From NCBI GenBank assembly GCA_964019425.1, contig OZ025790.1, forward strand, positions 496,001 to 560,000: a DNA stretch of 64,000 nt, written 5' to 3'. The stretch comes from Flectonema sp. DT1601. Lineage: Eukaryota. Of the stretch, positions 19,282-30,168 are shown piece by piece. A program made the position numbers and the translations under genes. The notes beneath the pieces are model-generated. The model worked only from the letters and a program-made list of their open reading frames with translations, did not search any database and was not told where the DNA came from. Each line of letters opens with the position of its first letter. Position 1 is the stretch's first letter.

Positions 19282-22151
19282 AAATAAAATTCTCGTCTTG
19301 CACGCACAAACGAAAATAATAATGTCAACAAAAAAAAAAAAAAAAAAAAGTAAGCTAAGTATCCATGTGTGTGTTATGGTAGTACTATGAACACACAAAA
19401 AAAAAAAAAAAAAAAAAAAAAGAAGCATTGAATTCTTTTCCCCATTCTATTCCCATCAATAAGTTTTTGTTTGTTTTGTTCTATTCACCACTCCCTTCCC
19501 TGTTTTCCTTGTTATGTGTTTTGGTAGAGGCCGATGTCATTGCATTATTTTTGTACTCGCTACCTTGCCCTTTTTTTTCTCTTCCTTTTTTTTTAAAAAT
19601 ACCAATTAGTGAGTCGTGTAGGTTTGCAATAGCAAGCTGGCTTATTACTATTTCAGACTACTCTGAGAGTGCTTGGAGTGTATTTCAAGTTTGAAAAAAA
19701 AAAAAAAATAATAATAATTCTCCAAAAAATTAAAACGAAAAAAGAGAATTCTACGACAGCAACACCCGAAACTCTGATGAGTGTTTTTTTTATGTAAGTG
19801 GCCTCTGTCCGTGTGGTGAGGTGCCTAATCTGCTGAGACCGTTTAGGCAGTAAAGAAGAGACGGAATTCTGATGAACTGTTTATCTCTCAGTAATAATAA
19901 TAATTTTTTTTTTTTTTTTTTGAGTGTTTTTGGTAGTTATGATTGTTGGCGTGAGGGAGTTTATTGGAATTCCAATTTCATTTTTTTTTTTTTTTTGCCA
20001 ATCATCTATTTTACTACTTTTTGTTTGATATATTAATATCTCTCCTCTTGATTGTGCGCTTTGCTGTGTACCCCTTACTATAACAAGCGAGTATGGATTC
20101 ACTCGACACTTGATAGATCCTTTTTTTTTTTTTTTTTTTTTTGGGAAGTTTCTACCGTAGTGTCTCTTTTTATTTTATTTTATTTTTTTTGTTTTATTCA
20201 AAAGTTGTTACAAAAAAAAAAATAAAAAAAAACTATTTTGCGCATTCTTCAGAAACACAAGTCCAATAATTTTATCCAAGAGTGGTTTTCAGGGTGGCAT
20301 CGCTTTTAAACGCGTTTGAGCAGCCCTTTTCTAAAGAAAAAAAAAAAATGAAAAATTACAATACGACTATCACCACAAAGCAAAGCGCTGGGTACCTGCG
20401 ACACACTCGCATTTATTTATTCGATATTTTCTTTGTCAATGAATTCACGGTGAAAAAAATCAATTTTTTTTTTTTTTTTTTTGTTTTTTGGTCCGGTGTT
20501 CTGAAGAGCGTGTAATATATAAAGAAAAATAGCATAAAAAACTACATTCGTATTTTGTCTACACTTGGCGTTAACGCTGTGTGTAATAAAATGGCTGTTT
20601 AGCTATTTTTTTTTTTTTTGTACCTACAACCTAATAATACCCTCCCTCGTCGTCCCTTCAGTAACTTTTTTCCTAATCTGATTGCAGCTTATCTCTTTTG
20701 AATACTTGGTTCTTGCTAACATATTTACGAGGAAAAAAAAAAAACTTACAAAAAAAAAAAAAAAAAAAAAACTACTACCTCAAGCTAACTCTGAGCTCTA
20801 TCTAATCACCTATCAGAACGTCTGTGGCAATAGTTCGACTGGAAAAGCTTGCCTTTCGTGATATTCGGTATCCCAGTAAAGCTATTGCAACAAGCCTTTT
20901 TAACGTTCTTCTTCCGATTATTTCCTTTTTTTTTCCTTTGCTTTGCTTTCCTTCTTTTTTTTTTTTTTTTGTTGTAGTTGTCCATTCTTCTAAAGGCTGT
21001 TATCGCTTGGCCTTTGAAGAATCCGAGTCTGACGAGAAGGAAAAAAAAAAAAAAAAAAACTTACTGAATTCCTTTTCTTAATTAAGACGAAAAAAAAAAA
21101 AAAAAAAATTGCTTTTCTCATTTTCTTGCTACCGTAAGTTGCAGCTACTGTTGACGACGTTACTAGGTTGTCGGGTACCAACTCTAGCTTTTCTTGGGAT
21201 TAGTCCTGAAAATAACGTATCGAGCAAAGCTACCCTTATGTTCTACGTGATATTTCTATTCTCACCGAGCTTGCCTTAGAGAGTTGATGTTGCGAAATTA
21301 ATTTTTATTCACAAACAATAAAAGATGTTAATAGGTTTTTCGAAACAATTTCTTTTTTTGAATTGGTGGCTGACCGTGTGTCCTCCGAATCGTTTGATTG
21401 ACACAGTAATAACCCACATGGCTTTGTGTGTATTCCGAGCCTTGTGTTGTTTTTGTAAATATCGTGCAGCAATTATGTAACCTTTTTTTTTTTCTCCTTT
21501 TCTCCCCGCTCAAAAAGTTAGTTTTTTGTGGCTCCGAGTAAAGTCCACATAAAGAAACTCAATGTGATCCGCTATCTCTTTGTTCTCTCTGGTTGCTTGG
21601 AAGGCAATCGTTTTTTACTGGTCGTTTGTTTGCTGGCTGCAGAGTGCTATGAAAAGTCGGCAATCTAAATGATGTCACAGTTAACGAGGGGAGATTAGTG
21701 GTGTTTTGGGACACGGTCCACTCGTGCAAAAAAAAAAAATGAAGAGGAAAAAAAAAAAAACCATTCTTAAGGAAAATAAACGACATCCCGTAATTTCCCT
21801 AACCTCCTTCCCTAGCCCTTTCTGCCGCCGCGTCAGTGCGCGGCAGTTGTGTTTTTTTTTTTTTCTTCTTTCTTTTTTTTCTTTTTTGCAAATACATTTG
21901 GCGTTCCCTGCCTTCCCTTCCCTGCACTTTCCCATTTTATTTTATTTCCCCCCATTTCTCTTGATTTTCTTCTCTTTTTTTTTTTTTTTGTTCTATTGTT
22001 GTTTTGTGTGCATCCATTCAAACTATATTTCCATTTAACTAGTACACAACAATGTTACAGTAAGAGTTCATAAATAGATAATACACGATGTAGTAGGTGA
22101 GTATATGGATAACGTTATTCAATTTGATACAGCTTCCAAAAAAAAACAAAA

Positions 22152-22649
22152 ATGAAATTTCCATTTATACTTTCACTGTTTTATTTATTGATCGTTGTAG
22201 TGTGCCATGTCTCAGCCGTGCAATATACTGTACCAAATTTTTATGAATCACATTCATGGTATTTACCTGTGAATTGTAGTGCTAATTCATCTCGCGTAGG
22301 TGAAGGTAGTGTTGTTAAATTTGGGTACATTGGTAGTTTATTGTCAGCTGGAAGTGAATACTACCCAAGATTATCACCCCATCGAAGATACACGATGATC
22401 GAAAGGGAAATAACAATTGGAAGCCTGCGTAGTTCTCAATTAGGGTTTCGAAGTTCTGATTTAGGTAGCGGAGGAGTTCCTAACTCAGCGTTTGAATTCG
22501 GATTAACCGGCTCATGCATTGGTGAGATCCGACATATTATTCTTCCTCCTCGACTTGTTTTTGATAAACGACGAGTTGACTTAATAAAACTCGGGAACAT
22601 GATGATATGGGAAGTTGAGGTAATGGTCATAGACGGATTAACGTGGTAG
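22152..22649 (+). CDS. Secretory-pathway FKBP-like protein (divergent)
   Basis: Signal peptide; G..V...YIGSL; FEFGLTGSCIGEIRHIILPP; IWEVEVM resemble the ER FKBP fold. Confidence 0.7.
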   Translation: MKFPFILSLFYLLIVVVCHVSAVQYTVPNFYESHSWYLPVNCSANSSRVGEGSVVKFGYIGSLLSAGSEYYPRLSPHRRYTMIEREITIGSLRSSQLGFRSSDLGSGGVPNSAFEFGLTGSCIGEIRHIILPPRLVFDKRRVDLIKLGNMMIWEVEVMVIDGLTW

Positions 22650-22867
22650 CACTTTGTTGTTGAATTTTCTTATTTACATAAGAAAATTTAAATTGTATTG
22701 ATTTTATTCATCTGTGTTGATTGTTTTATATCATTTTTTTTAACCCTTTTTTTTTCTTTTCAATAAAGGAATACTTCCCACGACAAAAAGAGTAGCGCAT
22801 CCGATTAAGTGAGGAAACAAAGGATTGAGGTGAGTCAAAGGGGGGGGGAAAAAAAAACCCAAAAAAA

Positions 22868-24703
22868 ATGGATTGTTTATTATTATTGGATAAATTCATA
22901 CTACTACCAAGAGACAAACCGATTGAGAAAAAACGAAAAAGAGTAGTAACTATCTCAACAGTGGCTGCAGTTGCAATAATCGCAGCAACGTACCACTCAC
23001 ACAACTCCAGCACTGGAAGAATTATTTGTATTGTTACTATGGTTTGCAACACTCTAGGATTATTATTCGTGGTCATAAAAAAGAGTGCTCCTGAAGTTAT
23101 TATTTCTGCTTTGCTATTATTCACTACCATAACAATATTGTTGTTAGACTCACTGAGCATGGTAACCCACGGTACATACATGGTCTCTATAGTAGTGCTG
23201 TTACTTGACATTGCCTTGGCTTGTAATTTAAAAAAATTAACACCAATTGTTATACTGGCTGTTACCACAATACAGCAATTTGTAATGGCAGCTGAGGGTG
23301 CATTTCATTTTGGGATTTCAGACTTTTATAATGTGTCGAATGATGAAAAACGAATTGATTGTGATTGCGAAAATCCTCCTTGTGTTGATGTAGGTGGGAG
23401 TCTTGGTTATTTATTGTTGACGTTGTTCGTTTTTTATTTTGATTTTTATTTTACGAGAAGCTTTGCTGATTCAGTCATAAAAGAGAATGAAAAAATTGAA
23501 TCTTCGATAGAAATAACGAATTCGATAGCAATTCACATCGCAGCTTTTGAAATTGAAGAAGCGTGTGCTGTTCTTCAATCAGCTACAGGATTACCACCTG
23601 GAATTGTCTTCTCTCTCGATAGAGTTTTAGATGCATTGACGCAGTATAAACCATACCTTCCTCAATCATGTTTCTGCAATGATCACATCGTCATTGATGA
23701 CAGCAGTACTTGTATTTCATCAGCTTTATCGTCTGCAAAGTCAACGTCTGTCAGTTTAGTTGAAGGTTCTCAGTTTTCAACTGTTAAAGCGATTTTTACA
23801 AAGTGTTTTGCAACTCTTCTAGTTACCAACTTCAGAGGTTCTTTAATACTTCTTCAGACAAGTATAGATCAGTACACGTCATTACACAGCATTACGACTG
23901 ACACAGCAATATCAGTTTTTGGAAAGTTTCGTGGAGTTGTTGAACTTTTCATCGGAGATCGATTTCATGTCTCTTTCAACGCCGTTAAACAGAAAAACTT
24001 TTGCCATGCGACTTCCGCAGTGAAAGGTGCCGTCTTATTTAGAAAACTAATGAAGGATTTCAACTCAAAATTATCAATAAATATCTCGGTTTCAACTGGA
24101 GCGTTAATAGGAGGCGACCTCGGATCTTATATTTTGAGACGGTTTACTGAAATTGGAAGACCCGCTACTGAGGTTTTCATCATGGAAAGGTTTGGCAGGA
24201 AATTCAACTATTCGCTGCTGTGCAGTAGGCGAACGAGTGATGAGTGTGATCAAAATAATTTGTTTCTGTTACCGAACACGATTTGGTGTTGTGGTGAAGA
24301 AACTCTCTTATTTGAACTAACCCAGAATGGTCAAGAACTATTACTGCAATCTATAAATAAGAAAGATTCCGAGTGGATGTACCACTTGAGTGAGTTAGAG
24401 GAAGATGCTCAAAAGTCTTACAATAAAGACATGATGACTTACCTGAAACAGTCGTTACTCCCATTCCCGAAAAGAGATCGAAAAATCTTAGGCTCTATTG
24501 TCACTGATATGAATGAAATTATGGGACCCCAACCAGAGGAAGACAATATCCATTACACACTTAGGAAGTTGATTTCTTCTCTCAGACAGTTCGATTCACC
24601 TCAGCGTTCTCCGTACCTTTTTGATTTTCAATTTGCTGAAGGATGCGGTACACCAAAATCACATATTCCAACTCGCAGTCCACGAGCACGGGTACTCAGG
24701 TAG
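22868..24703 (+). CDS. Multi-pass membrane class III adenylate/guanylate cyclase-like protein (degenerate)
   Basis: About 6 hydrophobic helices, a YKPYLP helical segment, then LLVTNFRG, FIGD..SFN and G.L.GG.LG cyclase-like motifs. Confidence 0.75.
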   Translation: MDCLLLLDKFILLPRDKPIEKKRKRVVTISTVAAVAIIAATYHSHNSSTGRIICIVTMVCNTLGLLFVVIKKSAPEVIISALLLFTTITILLLDSLSMVTHGTYMVSIVVLLLDIALACNLKKLTPIVILAVTTIQQFVMAAEGAFHFGISDFYNVSNDEKRIDCDCENPPCVDVGGSLGYLLLTLFVFYFDFYFTRSFADSVIKENEKIESSIEITNSIAIHIAAFEIEEACAVLQSATGLPPGIVFSLDRVLDALTQYKPYLPQSCFCNDHIVIDDSSTCISSALSSAKSTSVSLVEGSQFSTVKAIFTKCFATLLVTNFRGSLILLQTSIDQYTSLHSITTDTAISVFGKFRGVVELFIGDRFHVSFNAVKQKNFCHATSAVKGAVLFRKLMKDFNSKLSINISVSTGALIGGDLGSYILRRFTEIGRPATEVFIMERFGRKFNYSLLCSRRTSDECDQNNLFLLPNTIWCCGEETLLFELTQNGQELLLQSINKKDSEWMYHLSELEEDAQKSYNKDMMTYLKQSLLPFPKRDRKILGSIVTDMNEIMGPQPEEDNIHYTLRKLISSLRQFDSPQRSPYLFDFQFAEGCGTPKSHIPTRSPRARVLR

Positions 24704-24879
24704 GTAAGTAGAATGAAAGTAGGAAAAAAAACAAAAAAAAAACACAACCTGACTATTGCCATAGCCTAGTTTTGTGTTGCCATTATGGAAGCGTGTTATT
24801 GAAGTAGTAGTTGAGTGGTTCATGGTTATTTAGTTTATTTTTTTTTAAAGAAGACTCCAGTGTTATTATATAAAAAAAA

Positions 24880-25743
24880 ATGATGCGTCGTGCTGTTTCT
24901 AACGTTGCCCGTCAGGCACGTTTCCAGTCTGCCCCTGCCTGGGCGAAGCCAGCTTTTATTGAAGTGTTTAAGTCTGACTTTGCTGCCATGGAATACCCAG
25001 CTAACGCCGTTGGTGGAGAGTACTTAAACTTTTCAAAATTGATGTACAAAATCGCAGTTTTGGAGAAGAAAGAAGATAAATACATTGCTGACCTTGAGAA
25101 GCTTAAGAGTGCTGACCTTCCACCGTTCTGGAGAACTGAATTAAACATCGCGACCGACAAAGCTTTCGCTGACATGGAACCAGGAATGAAATTCGTATTG
25201 AGATGGATGCAGTCAAACAGTCAAATGGACACTCTCGATGTCGTTGGAAAGATCTTTGGAACATACGTCAGATCGTCAAAGAAGGTTATGCTTGTCCCAG
25301 TTACTCTTGCTGGTCTTCCAGCTGGACAGGTCAGCCAAATCGCTGAGGCCAAGAAGGCCGCTGAGGCCACCCTCGCGGAATACCACGCTGACAAGAAGGG
25401 ATGGAAACTTGAATTCGAATACCTTGTTGACCCTGGTATCATTGATGGATGGAGAATTGAAGTTGGTTCCATTGTTGTTGAAAACATGTCTGCCTACCTC
25501 AAGGAGGCTGACGCAGCTGCCGCAGGAGGAGAAATGGTATGTAACCTTATCCCATCATGTGAGTTGAGATATTCTTATTGTATTATAACAAAACAAACAA
25601 CTAAACAGGTTGACTACACCTCTGGACCATCAGCTGTTGCTGCCGCCACTGTCTGGCCTGAGAACCCGGAAACCTCCCGTCTTCAGGACTGGTGCGATGA
25701 GCTTTCGCTGTACGATGCGGAGGAGGCTGTTATTGGTGCATAG
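24880..25743 (+). CDS. OSCP: Mitochondrial ATP synthase OSCP (delta family) subunit
   Basis: Presequence MMRRAVSNVARQARFQ; C-terminal VDPGIIDGWRIEVG motif. Exons 24880-25536 and 25609-25743 with a 72-nt in-frame GTATG..CAG intron. Confidence 0.8.
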   Translation: MMRRAVSNVARQARFQSAPAWAKPAFIEVFKSDFAAMEYPANAVGGEYLNFSKLMYKIAVLEKKEDKYIADLEKLKSADLPPFWRTELNIATDKAFADMEPGMKFVLRWMQSNSQMDTLDVVGKIFGTYVRSSKKVMLVPVTLAGLPAGQVSQIAEAKKAAEATLAEYHADKKGWKLEFEYLVDPGIIDGWRIEVGSIVVENMSAYLKEADAAAAGGEMVCNLIPSCELRYSYCIITKQTTKQVDYTSGPSAVAAATVWPENPETSRLQDWCDELSLYDAEEAVIGA

Positions 25744-26200
25744 TGTGTTTAGGTTTATATGGAGATTCCATTGTTACGTTGGTTCAACTCTCATAATAAG
25801 GTAATCATCACGAGGACTCGTTTTTTTGAAGTAAAGAATTAAGAAAAAGATAGTAAAGTCCAAAGAAGGGGGAAAAAAAAAAAAAACGAACAAAAAAAAA
25901 AAAAAAAAAAATAGGGGGGTGATTCTTGTGGGACGTTTTTTTTATTTCTGGGAATTTTTTTTTTATTTAAAGTTGTGTGATTTTTTTTCTTCTTTTTTTT
26001 TTCTGTTTATTCTTGTTTTTTTTTTTTCCTTTCCGGGTTCATAGTGGTTCTGTTTTCAGATTACGAGTTTTCTTTTTTTTCTTTATCTGTTATCAATATT
26101 TTTTTTCCTTCTAATATTCACAGCAACATTATAAAAGACAAAGAGAAAGAGAGAGAGATGGAGTGGAAAACATTCCTCTCAACGTGTTAGGTTCTCATAA

Positions 26201-28348
26201 ATGCTTCACAGGAAAATAATAGATACCATTCGTTCAAATGGGAGTACGCTAAAGGAAACTCTAACCCTGATATCTCCTGTTCCGAATATACCTTCAAATG
26301 CTTACCCAAAGTGGAAACCTACCGGCGACTGGGTTAAAAAAATACTCAAAAAAAATATAAAAATAATTGGACCAACTGAAGCCGTCAGTGCAATGCAATA
26401 CATGTCCAAAACTAGGTATAGAGAAAGTGATTTTCTACATAGGCACATTTGCAGAAATTTTGAATTGAAAAAAATTGAGCATCCTGCGATGTACTTAAGG
26501 GTGTATCTGAATTCTTCACAATCACCGTGTGAGGAAACCTCCTCCTTGTTGCTTGAATTGATGGCTGAGAAAATGAAATGCAAGACCCTCCAAGACCCTG
26601 TTGGTGATATTTTCAGAGCAATCATTTCATCATATTACTTATCGAAACGTTTAGTGTGGGTAAATCTATTACTGCTGTCGGCAACATATGTATGCGATTC
26701 TGCTTTAGAGATTGTAGGAGCTTCTGAGTTTATGAACTTCGCGAGTATTGTTGTTCGTACGAAGAACTGTGATGAGGCTATTGAAACCCTCTGTAGGATG
26801 TATTTGAAAAATACGAACTTGTTGACGAATTTATACTTCGTTGAGGCTGTTACTCTTATACGGCATCTTCCTGAAACAGTTTTCAGAGAAGAATGTTTGG
26901 TTTCGTTCTCATTAGAGATGTTAAGTTTCTTATCAAGAATAAAGGAAATCCATTCATCGACGGTACTCAATATCTCAACTGCTTCACAAGTAATCCTACA
27001 GTTGGCTATCAGCTACCGAAATATAGAAATTGATATCCCAAATTCAGTCATTCGCCTCATCCATGAGCTTGTCATCATCGTCGGTAATCCAGAACACTCT
27101 GAGTATATTCGTCAGAATAGTAATGTAAATTCCATCATATGTTGGGGACTAATTCGATTCTGTGTACGAGACTTTCCAGACTTAGGAATACCACACAGTA
27201 ATGCTCCGATTATTAAGCAGAGTGAGAAATGGTTGCTTTTGGATGATTTACTTTATAGGTCATCGGTGATGGATTGTTCAAAAATTAAATTAAACTCTCA
27301 AATTACATCTGGTGGTGGTTTTGAAATTCCAATAATGGGAACTCCTTCAAATTGTGGAAAAACATTTTTCAAAAGTAATCTAACTACTTTAGAAAATAAT
27401 GATTCCACGTCAAATGACAACATCGTTGAATTCTCGAAATTAATGAGACAAACGGCATCTCGTTGTGTCATTCGATTTTTAGAAGGAAATATGTCATCGC
27501 ATTCTCCTACTGATGTCCGCAGAGTGTTATATGCAGCCTCAGCCTTAGATGAGATTACTCTCGACTTACTAGAATACTCTATTGTCTTAGTTGAACGAAA
27601 CTCATCAACATACCAACACCATTCTGATGTTATTGTCAGACTTGTAAATGCGATCTCACTTTGGAAGAGGCCATCAGTTAAAGTTCCTAAAACTACTAAT
27701 TTATTAAATTTAATTATTAAGAAGGACGTCATAAAACCAAAAAATAGCAACTCAACTCAGAGTGAATTGTTATTCCGCGTAAGCAGCTGTCTAAACAACA
27801 AATGTACTCAATGGGATTTGGCTCATGTTTGGATGAACGCTGCAATGAAATGTAACGCAATAGATTTACCTGTAGTTTACAATATTATAAGGAAATGGAT
27901 TTCAGGAGGGATTCGGCTATCGAAATCCAATGCTAGGATGTCATTGTTGAAAATAATTTTTAATAACTACATAAGTCGTCCGAATGAAATATTTGGTTTG
28001 GAAAATCATCTCAGATCTTGTTTACGAAGTCCCTCAGATGATATTCCACTGAATGAAATCAGCATTATCATAAAATGTATTCGAAAACTCGGAAACGAAG
28101 ACCTTCAGAACACTCCTATCACGCCTGGGATTGTCAGAAAACTGTCAAATTATAATTTATCAAGTAAACTTGTTAGTGAGATACTCCGTAATTGCATAGC
28201 TGTTGATGGTCTCTCTGAGACTGCTCAGAGTGAAATACTTAAGTCGCTTACTCGAAAAAAATCAGATTTAGATTTCGTTGTATCAAACCTATCAACAGTG
28301 AATGAATTCACAGAAATCAAGAATCTCATAAACGAGACTAAGAAATAG
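26201..28348 (+). CDS. Hypothetical protein (715 aa)
   Basis: Long ORF on the coding strand; no recognisable motif. Confidence 0.7.
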   Translation: MLHRKIIDTIRSNGSTLKETLTLISPVPNIPSNAYPKWKPTGDWVKKILKKNIKIIGPTEAVSAMQYMSKTRYRESDFLHRHICRNFELKKIEHPAMYLRVYLNSSQSPCEETSSLLLELMAEKMKCKTLQDPVGDIFRAIISSYYLSKRLVWVNLLLLSATYVCDSALEIVGASEFMNFASIVVRTKNCDEAIETLCRMYLKNTNLLTNLYFVEAVTLIRHLPETVFREECLVSFSLEMLSFLSRIKEIHSSTVLNISTASQVILQLAISYRNIEIDIPNSVIRLIHELVIIVGNPEHSEYIRQNSNVNSIICWGLIRFCVRDFPDLGIPHSNAPIIKQSEKWLLLDDLLYRSSVMDCSKIKLNSQITSGGGFEIPIMGTPSNCGKTFFKSNLTTLENNDSTSNDNIVEFSKLMRQTASRCVIRFLEGNMSSHSPTDVRRVLYAASALDEITLDLLEYSIVLVERNSSTYQHHSDVIVRLVNAISLWKRPSVKVPKTTNLLNLIIKKDVIKPKNSNSTQSELLFRVSSCLNNKCTQWDLAHVWMNAAMKCNAIDLPVVYNIIRKWISGGIRLSKSNARMSLLKIIFNNYISRPNEIFGLENHLRSCLRSPSDDIPLNEISIIIKCIRKLGNEDLQNTPITPGIVRKLSNYNLSSKLVSEILRNCIAVDGLSETAQSEILKSLTRKKSDLDFVVSNLSTVNEFTEIKNLINETKK

Positions 28349-28598
28349 CAGTCAGAGGGTGGTCAGAGGGGCAATCAAGTACTACTCTTTTTGCAACGGT
28401 GTACTAAACTGACAGTTATTTTAGTTTTGCTTTCAGTGTGCGAGGCCCTTGATTAAACTTAGATGTTGTTTTTATCAGACTTCATGAGAATTAAGAAATA
28501 ACAAGTCAGAGGACTGTCCGAATTAAAGTTCTGAACGTGTTCCGGAAAATAGTTATTTTTTTTAGTTTATTTTTTTTTTTTTTCAGTTAAAAAAAAAA

Positions 28599-29915
28599 AT
28601 GCAAACTAGACAACTGAATTTAGTCGCCCTGGGTCATATTGATAGCGGGAAATCAACATTGACGGGCAGACTGCTTCAGAGGTTCGGATGTTTTACTGAA
28701 GAAGAATTGGAAGAAACTCGAAAGACAGCAGAAGAACTAGGAAAAGGCTCTTATAAGTACGCTTTCTTAACTGATATTCATTTAGATGAAAGGCATCGAG
28801 GAGTTACAATGATAGGGAAAACAATACCAGTTGAAATAGGGAAGTGGAAGTACTTCGTACACGCGGCTTCAGGACATCGAGACTTTCTTCACAACGTGTT
28901 ATTAAAAGCATTCCTATCTGATGTTTCGATTGTAGTCGTTCCAGTTGATAATTTATCGATGATGTTCGATTCAGAACGCGGATTTGGAAAAACTATGCTC
29001 CAGGTTGTGATGTTCTTAAAACCACAGAATGCTTGCATCCTAATAAACAAAATGGATCTCAGAATGCCTATGACATCATACGATGCAAAACAACAATTCA
29101 ACTCACTGCTACAACAGCATGATATTCAGACAGACATTCCCATCATAGCAGGAAGTGCTTGGACTGGTTCTAACGTAATTGATTCTTGTGAAGAAGAACC
29201 TACTAATGGTTGCACTGTAACTCCTAATCTCTCAGATGATAAAGTAATAATCAATTCTGTTGAATCATATTTAAAGTATGCAGTCAAAGAACCAGACACA
29301 TCTAAACTTCTAACAGAACCTCTGAAATTAATAATTTCTGAATCAACGAGCAACAGAGATAATTCAACATTCAGAGTATTCGGAAAAATAGTATCTGGTT
29401 ACCTAACTGTAGGGGATAGGGTTCAAATTATCACTAGGCGGTTTTCAAGACAAGAAACTTTTACGGTAAAAACAATAATGTGGGGAAAAGAAAAAAGTGT
29501 AAACATCGCTACGGTGAATGCATTTGTTAGTATTGAACTATCGAAGAAAGTTTATAAATTAAAGAAATGTGTTCTACCAAATGGAGGTGCTGTACTACTC
29601 TCTTCAGACAGTCAATTCGTAACAAGTCAGAAGATCAGAGTTAAGACGGTTAAGTTTCATGATAACATAAAACTCATTCCGGGAAAAACACGATTCACAG
29701 CTCTCTGTGGAGGGTTTAAGATGCTTCTCAGAGTAATTGCAATTGACGATGTGATTATTGATTTTGAATCACTGCAGGAAGGCGGTATTGTTGCCACTGT
29801 CGACGACGTTCATTCTAAAATGTTTCTTCTCACCAGCGGTTTGATCGCACTCGGAGGTGATGTTATAGAAATACTCGAGCCTTTCACTGATTCAACGAGA
29901 ATACCAATAAAATAA
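28599..29915 (+). CDS. Highly divergent EF-1alpha/HBS1/eRF3-family translational GTPase
   Basis: GHIDSGKST, ELGKGSYKYAF, ERHRGVT, AASGHRDF, NKMD, SAWTG, plus domain II (GKIVSG.L.VGD). Confidence 0.85.
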   Translation: MQTRQLNLVALGHIDSGKSTLTGRLLQRFGCFTEEELEETRKTAEELGKGSYKYAFLTDIHLDERHRGVTMIGKTIPVEIGKWKYFVHAASGHRDFLHNVLLKAFLSDVSIVVVPVDNLSMMFDSERGFGKTMLQVVMFLKPQNACILINKMDLRMPMTSYDAKQQFNSLLQQHDIQTDIPIIAGSAWTGSNVIDSCEEEPTNGCTVTPNLSDDKVIINSVESYLKYAVKEPDTSKLLTEPLKLIISESTSNRDNSTFRVFGKIVSGYLTVGDRVQIITRRFSRQETFTVKTIMWGKEKSVNIATVNAFVSIELSKKVYKLKKCVLPNGGAVLLSSDSQFVTSQKIRVKTVKFHDNIKLIPGKTRFTALCGGFKMLLRVIAIDDVIIDFESLQEGGIVATVDDVHSKMFLLTSGLIALGGDVIEILEPFTDSTRIPIK

Positions 29916-30168
29916 CCGTATTCTCTTTTTTTTTTTTTTTTTTCATTAACGACATAGAAAACTATTCAGAATAACTGCTACGTTTTCTTTTTTTTCCCTT
30001 CTTTTTTTTTGCATAAGAAACTATTATCGTCACCATTCCTATCCAATTATGTGACCCTGTTTCTTCTATTCAACACTCATTACCAATGAGTGATTTTAAA
30101 CCACTACGTTGATGTGTTTTGTTGTTTTATTTTATATTCTTATTAGGGAGGGGGGGTTGGGTTGGAAG

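Noticed and set aside
19762..19784. Hammerhead-like GAAA..CTGATGA
   Set aside because: No room for stems I and III.
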